Source: a virus. From it: a stretch of DNA of 38,406 nucleotides. The notes beneath the pieces are model-generated. The model did no database searches. It was not told where the DNA came from and was given only the letters and a program-made list of their open reading frames with translations. Each line of letters opens with the position of its first letter. Within the stretch, counting starts at the first letter, position 1. The translations under genes were made by a program, and so were the position numbers. Shown piece by piece: positions 35,084 to 38,406 of this stretch. The DNA lies in the UHGV virus genome UHGV-0237655; one strand, given 5' to 3'.

Positions 35084-36268
35084 ATGGCAAAGAAAAAGAA
35101 GCAGAAGAGTATTAGATCAGAACCACAGAATAAAGTATTTGTTTATCAGGGAGCTACGTTCTCTGATTTTTTATTGCCGTCAGGATACACAACGCTGGCG
35201 CAGAATCCAGAAATTCGGGCAGCGTGTCAGAAAATTGCCGATCTGGTTTCCGGAATGACGATCCATTTAATGGAGAATGGACCTCATGGAGATATCCGAA
35301 TTAAGAATGAATTATCACGGAAGATAGATATCAATCCATATTCGCTGATGACAAGGAAGGCATGGGTATACAACATTGTATATTCTATGTTGTTGCCGGG
35401 TGACGGGAATGCGGTTGTTATCCCAGTGATGAGGGATGGATACATTGATGAATTGATTCCGCTGAAACCATCCATGACAAGTTTTGAAGAGACATCGACA
35501 GGGTACAAGATAATCTACGGAAGTGAGGAGTATGACCCAAGCGAAGTGCTACACTTTGCGATCAATCCGAATCCGGAGTATCCGTGGAAAGGAACAGGCT
35601 ACAGGCTTGCTTTAAAGGATATCGCATCGAATTTAAAGCAGGCGAATGCAACCAAAAAATCTTTTATGAGCGGACAGTATATGCCGAACATTATCGTCAA
35701 AGTAGATGCAATGTCAGAGGATTTTGCGAACGAAGCTGGAAGAAAGCAAATAAAAGAAAAGTATTTAAAAGAATCAAAACCGGGTGAGCCGTGGATCATA
35801 CCTGCGGAATTTTTGGAAGTATCCGAGGTAAAGCCGTTGTCCCTAAAAGATATTGCGATCAATGAATCGGTGGAGATTGATAAGAGGACGGTTGCATCCT
35901 TATTGGATGTACCGCCTTTTTTCTTGGGAGTCGGAAGCTTTAACAAGGACGAGTATAACAACTTTGTCCGTACGCGGGTGAAGTCGATTGCGGACGTATT
36001 CCAGCAGACACTTACGAAAGGTTTGATTCAGAGCCCGCATTGGTACTTTAAATGCAACTCGAAAAGCCTGATGGCTTATGACACCAAGGAGCTTGCGGAA
36101 ATCGGAATGAATCTGTATATCCGAGGAATTTATACAGGAAATGACGTACTTAACTTGATTGGCGACTCTCCGAAAGACGGATTAAATGATCTGATCATCC
36201 TTGAAAACTTTATACCGCAAGGCATGATCGGGAAGCAGAAGAAATTAAACGGGGGAGGTGATGAATAG
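35084..36268 (+). CDS. portal protein (HK97 family)
   Basis: 394 aa, positioned between terminase and prohead protease. GGAG RBS. Confidence 0.8.
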   Translation: MAKKKKQKSIRSEPQNKVFVYQGATFSDFLLPSGYTTLAQNPEIRAACQKIADLVSGMTIHLMENGPHGDIRIKNELSRKIDINPYSLMTRKAWVYNIVYSMLLPGDGNAVVIPVMRDGYIDELIPLKPSMTSFEETSTGYKIIYGSEEYDPSEVLHFAINPNPEYPWKGTGYRLALKDIASNLKQANATKKSFMSGQYMPNIIVKVDAMSEDFANEAGRKQIKEKYLKESKPGEPWIIPAEFLEVSEVKPLSLKDIAINESVEIDKRTVASLLDVPPFFLGVGSFNKDEYNNFVRTRVKSIADVFQQTLTKGLIQSPHWYFKCNSKSLMAYDTKELAEIGMNLYIRGIYTGNDVLNLIGDSPKDGLNDLIILENFIPQGMIGKQKKLNGGGDE

Positions 36269-36849
36269 TGGAGCGAAAAAAAGAAAACTTAACCAGATCG
36301 TGGAAAGCGGAGTTTGAAACACGAGAAGCGGAGGACGGAAAGAAAACAATTTCCGGATACTTCGCTGTTTTTAATTCCGAAACAGAGTTGTGGCCGGGAG
36401 CTTGCGAAGAAATCGCACCAGAAGCGTTTGTAAATACCATGAGCAACGACATCCGCGCTCTGACAAACCATGATGACACACTTGTACTTGGACGGACAAA
36501 AGTTGGAACTTTACGCCTGAGAACCGATACAAGAGGTCTATGGGGCGAAATTGATATCAATGAAAATGATTCAGACGCAATGAACCTGTATGAGAGGGTA
36601 AAACGTGGAGATGTGGATCAGTGCTCGTTCGGTTTTAACATCGTGCGTGAGGAAACCGACTGGAGAGATGACGGCACTGTGAAATGGACAATACGAGAAG
36701 TTGATCTGCACGAAGTGTCTGTATGTACATTCCCGGCTTATGAAAATACGGGCGTACAGGCGAGACATGCACAGGTGGAACAGTATCGAGAGAAACAGAT
36801 GGAACAGTGGAGAAGCAACGCTACAAAGAGATTGAAAGGAGAAAAATAA
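36268..36849 (+). CDS. prohead serine protease (HK97 family)
   Basis: 193 aa. Coupled start; classic position between portal and capsid. Confidence 0.75.
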   Translation: MERKKENLTRSWKAEFETREAEDGKKTISGYFAVFNSETELWPGACEEIAPEAFVNTMSNDIRALTNHDDTLVLGRTKVGTLRLRTDTRGLWGEIDINENDSDAMNLYERVKRGDVDQCSFGFNIVREETDWRDDGTVKWTIREVDLHEVSVCTFPAYENTGVQARHAQVEQYREKQMEQWRSNATKRLKGEK

Positions 36850-38024
36850 TGGCTTTAAGACAGTTGATGCTTGCGAAACAGATCGCAGACAAAGAGAAAG
36901 AATTGGAAGAAATCCGTGGAAAAGACGCAGATTTTGAGACAAGAGAAAAGGAATTGGAAACATCCATTGAAGAAGCAAATACAGAGGAAGAACGCTCGGT
37001 TGTGGATGAAGAGATTACGAAGTTTACTGAGGAAAAAGAAGCGCACGAAGAAAGAAAAAGTGAGCTTGAAACAGAGCTTGGCGAGCTGCGTGGAAAAATG
37101 AAGGAGTATGAAAAAGCTCCAGAAAAACGTGAAAAGGAGAAAGATATGGGTAAAAGAAGTGAAGAAATCGAAGAGGCAAGAAGCGCGATTAACGCATTTG
37201 TGAAGTCCAAAGGGCAGGTAAGAGAGGGCGGATTTAAAGAAGTGGATGCAGGCATTTTGATCCCGGTAGAAATTCTTGCTCCACAGGAGAAACCAGAGGA
37301 CATCGTTGATTTGAGAAACTATGTAAAAGTAGTAGGCGTAAACAGTTCATCTGGAAAATATCCAGTAATTGCGAAATCTGGAAGTAAAATGTCTACTGTC
37401 GAAGAACTGGAGCAGAACCCAGAGCTTTCCAAACCAAAAATCTCAAATACCGACTATAGCATCGCAACAAGAAGAGGATATATTCCAATTTCTCAGGAGG
37501 CTATTGATGACGCCGACTATGATGTAACAGGTCTGATCCGGGATGAAATCAATGACCAGTCCAGAAATACAAGAAATACAGATATCGCAACTGTATTAAA
37601 GAGTGCAACGGCGAAAAGTGTTACAGGGCTGGATGGACTGAAAGACTTGGTGAACAAAGAAATCAAGAAAGTGTATCCTGTGAAATTCATCATTTCAGCT
37701 TCCTTGTATGCCGAGCTGGACAAGTTGAAAGATAAGAATGGAAGATATCTGCTGCAGGATTCCATCACTTCCTCAAGCGGAAAGATGCTGTTTGGCAAAG
37801 AGGTAATCGTTTTGGATGACGAAATGATCGCAGGAGCTGGCGAATTAAAAGGTTTTGTCGGTGATCCGAAATCATTCTGCGCATTCTTTGACCGCAAACA
37901 GACAAGCGTTGAATGGGTAGATAACCAGATTTACGGTAAACTACTTGCCGGTATTGTGAGATATGATGTCGAGAAAACGGATACAGACGCCGGATTCTAC
38001 ATTACATACACACCGGGGGAATAA
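36849..38024 (+). CDS. major capsid protein (HK97 fold) with N-terminal coiled-coil delta domain
   Basis: TAATG-coupled start at 36849 after AAAGGAGAAAAA. ~150 aa Glu/Lys-rich coiled coil then the capsid domain. Ends ...PGE* in CCGGGGGAATAA. Confidence 0.8.
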   Translation: MALRQLMLAKQIADKEKELEEIRGKDADFETREKELETSIEEANTEEERSVVDEEITKFTEEKEAHEERKSELETELGELRGKMKEYEKAPEKREKEKDMGKRSEEIEEARSAINAFVKSKGQVREGGFKEVDAGILIPVEILAPQEKPEDIVDLRNYVKVVGVNSSSGKYPVIAKSGSKMSTVEELEQNPELSKPKISNTDYSIATRRGYIPISQEAIDDADYDVTGLIRDEINDQSRNTRNTDIATVLKSATAKSVTGLDGLKDLVNKEIKKVYPVKFIISASLYAELDKLKDKNGRYLLQDSITSSSGKMLFGKEVIVLDDEMIAGAGELKGFVGDPKSFCAFFDRKQTSVEWVDNQIYGKLLAGIVRYDVEKTDTDAGFYITYTPGE

Positions 38025-38095
38025 TTCCCTCTGACGATGTAGCCTTAGTTGGCAGAGGGAAAGTCGGAAAGGCAAAAGCAGGTAAAGCAAAATAG
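38015..38095 (+). CDS. -1 frame C-terminal extension of the major capsid protein (putative programmed frameshift product)
   Basis: The -1 frame is open to TAG 38093-38095 and encodes GGIIPSDDVALVGRGKVGKAKAGKAK, near-identical to the extension after the major tail gene. Confidence 0.5.
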   Translation, partial: GGIIPSDDVALVGRGKVGKAKAGKAK

Positions 38096-38107
38096 GAGGT
38101 ATGAGTT

Positions 38108-38406
38108 ATGGCATATACACCAACTACATGGAATAATGATGACGTTATTACAGCAGAGAAACTGAATAAGTTAGAGCAGGGCGTGAAGAATGAGCAGGTT
38201 GGACCGGCAGGACCGGCAGGACCAGCAGGAGCAGCAGGACCGGCAGGACCAGCAGGGGCAAAAGGCGAAAAAGGTGATCCAGGAGTAGCAGGACCGAAAG
38301 GAGACAAGGGAGATCCGGGCGCACAGGGACCTGCGGGACCAAGTTACACTCTTCCAGCAGCAAACAAGACAACGCTTGGCGGTGTGAAACAGATGGCTTT
38401 GATCGG
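38108..38406 (+). CDS. collagen-like repeat protein (putative capsid decoration/fibre), 5' part; continues at bases 1-94
   Basis: AGGAGG RBS. N-terminus [20 protein letters not shown] followed by (G-P-A)n and G-X-Y repeats. 9-bp tandem repeats GGACCGGCA x6 at 38201-38254. Confidence 0.6.
   Translation, partial: MAYTPTTWNNDDVITAEKLNKLEQGVKNEQVGPAGPAGPAGAAGPAGPAGAKGEKGDPGVAGPKGDKGDPGAQGPAGPSYTLPAANKTTLGGVKQMALI

Larger units (their letters stand above)
1..38406. mobile_element. Complete temperate siphovirus (prophage-type) genome, circularly permuted in this window
   Basis: Uninterrupted phage gene order: connector, tail, lysis, serine integrase, repressor switch, replication, late regulator, terminase, portal, protease, capsid. 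The last ORF continues in frame into bases 1-94. Confidence 0.8.

Noticed and set aside
38002-38372. Minus-strand ORFs (PAGPAGPAG...)
   Set aside because: Reverse-complement reading of the collagen-like G-P-A repeats of the plus-strand gene.
1-38406. CRISPR arrays, transposases or IS elements
   Set aside because: No regularly spaced direct repeats and no transposase-like ORFs were seen. The repeats present are collagen-like coding repeats, coiled-coil repeats and origin iterons.

Overview
The window reads as one complete, circularly permuted temperate siphovirus genome of about 38.4 kb. The host is probably a low-GC Firmicutes/Clostridia bacterium, judging by AGGAGG-type ribosome binding sites and frequent GTG/TTG starts. 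It is a phage or prophage, not ordinary chromosome. Gene order on the + strand is: head-tail connector and tail genes (1-13.7 kb); a lysis cassette of XhlA-like protein, holin and amidase endolysin (13.8-15.3 kb); a minus-strand lysogeny block of large serine recombinase and lipoprotein (15.6-17.9 kb); a CI-like repressor with divergent promoters and three operators (18.5-19.0 kb); an early/replication module with antirepressor, AAA_24 ATPase, DUF669-like protein, ERCC4-type nuclease, CHC2 primase-like protein, a DUF927/P-loop protein and an iteron-like origin (19-26.6 kb); many small proteins including YopX-, YorP- and DUF551-like ones; an ArpU-like late regulator; a ~1 kb non-coding island carrying tRNA-Asn(GTT); then HNH endonuclease, small and large terminase, portal, prohead protease and an HK97-type major capsid protein. 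The last ORF (38108-end) continues in frame into bases 2-94, so the window looks like a circular genome opened inside a gene. Most notable: (1) the major tail and major capsid genes both end in the same 11-nt motif CGGGGGAATAR, and a -1 frame past it encodes near-identical Lys-rich tails (…ALVGRGK[IV]GKAK[VA]GKAK) whose DNA differences are mostly synonymous, so both proteins probably have a frameshift-made long form; (2) the expected A_AAA_AAA -1 frameshift joining the tail assembly chaperone G and T parts; (3) a tail-fibre gene whose 3' half is abruptly AT-rich and encodes an SGNH/GDSL esterase domain; (4) a 57-aa hydrophobic minus-strand ORF in the island whose mRNA can fold a perfect 16-bp stem over codons 3-8 and pair its SD with CUCCUU, a layout like type I toxin mRNAs; (5) a 45-nt tRNA-like acceptor/T-arm minihelix upstream of the real tRNA; (6) a candidate attP between endolysin and integrase; (7) a repressor/operator switch. 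All calls are from reading the sequence; no database search was run.
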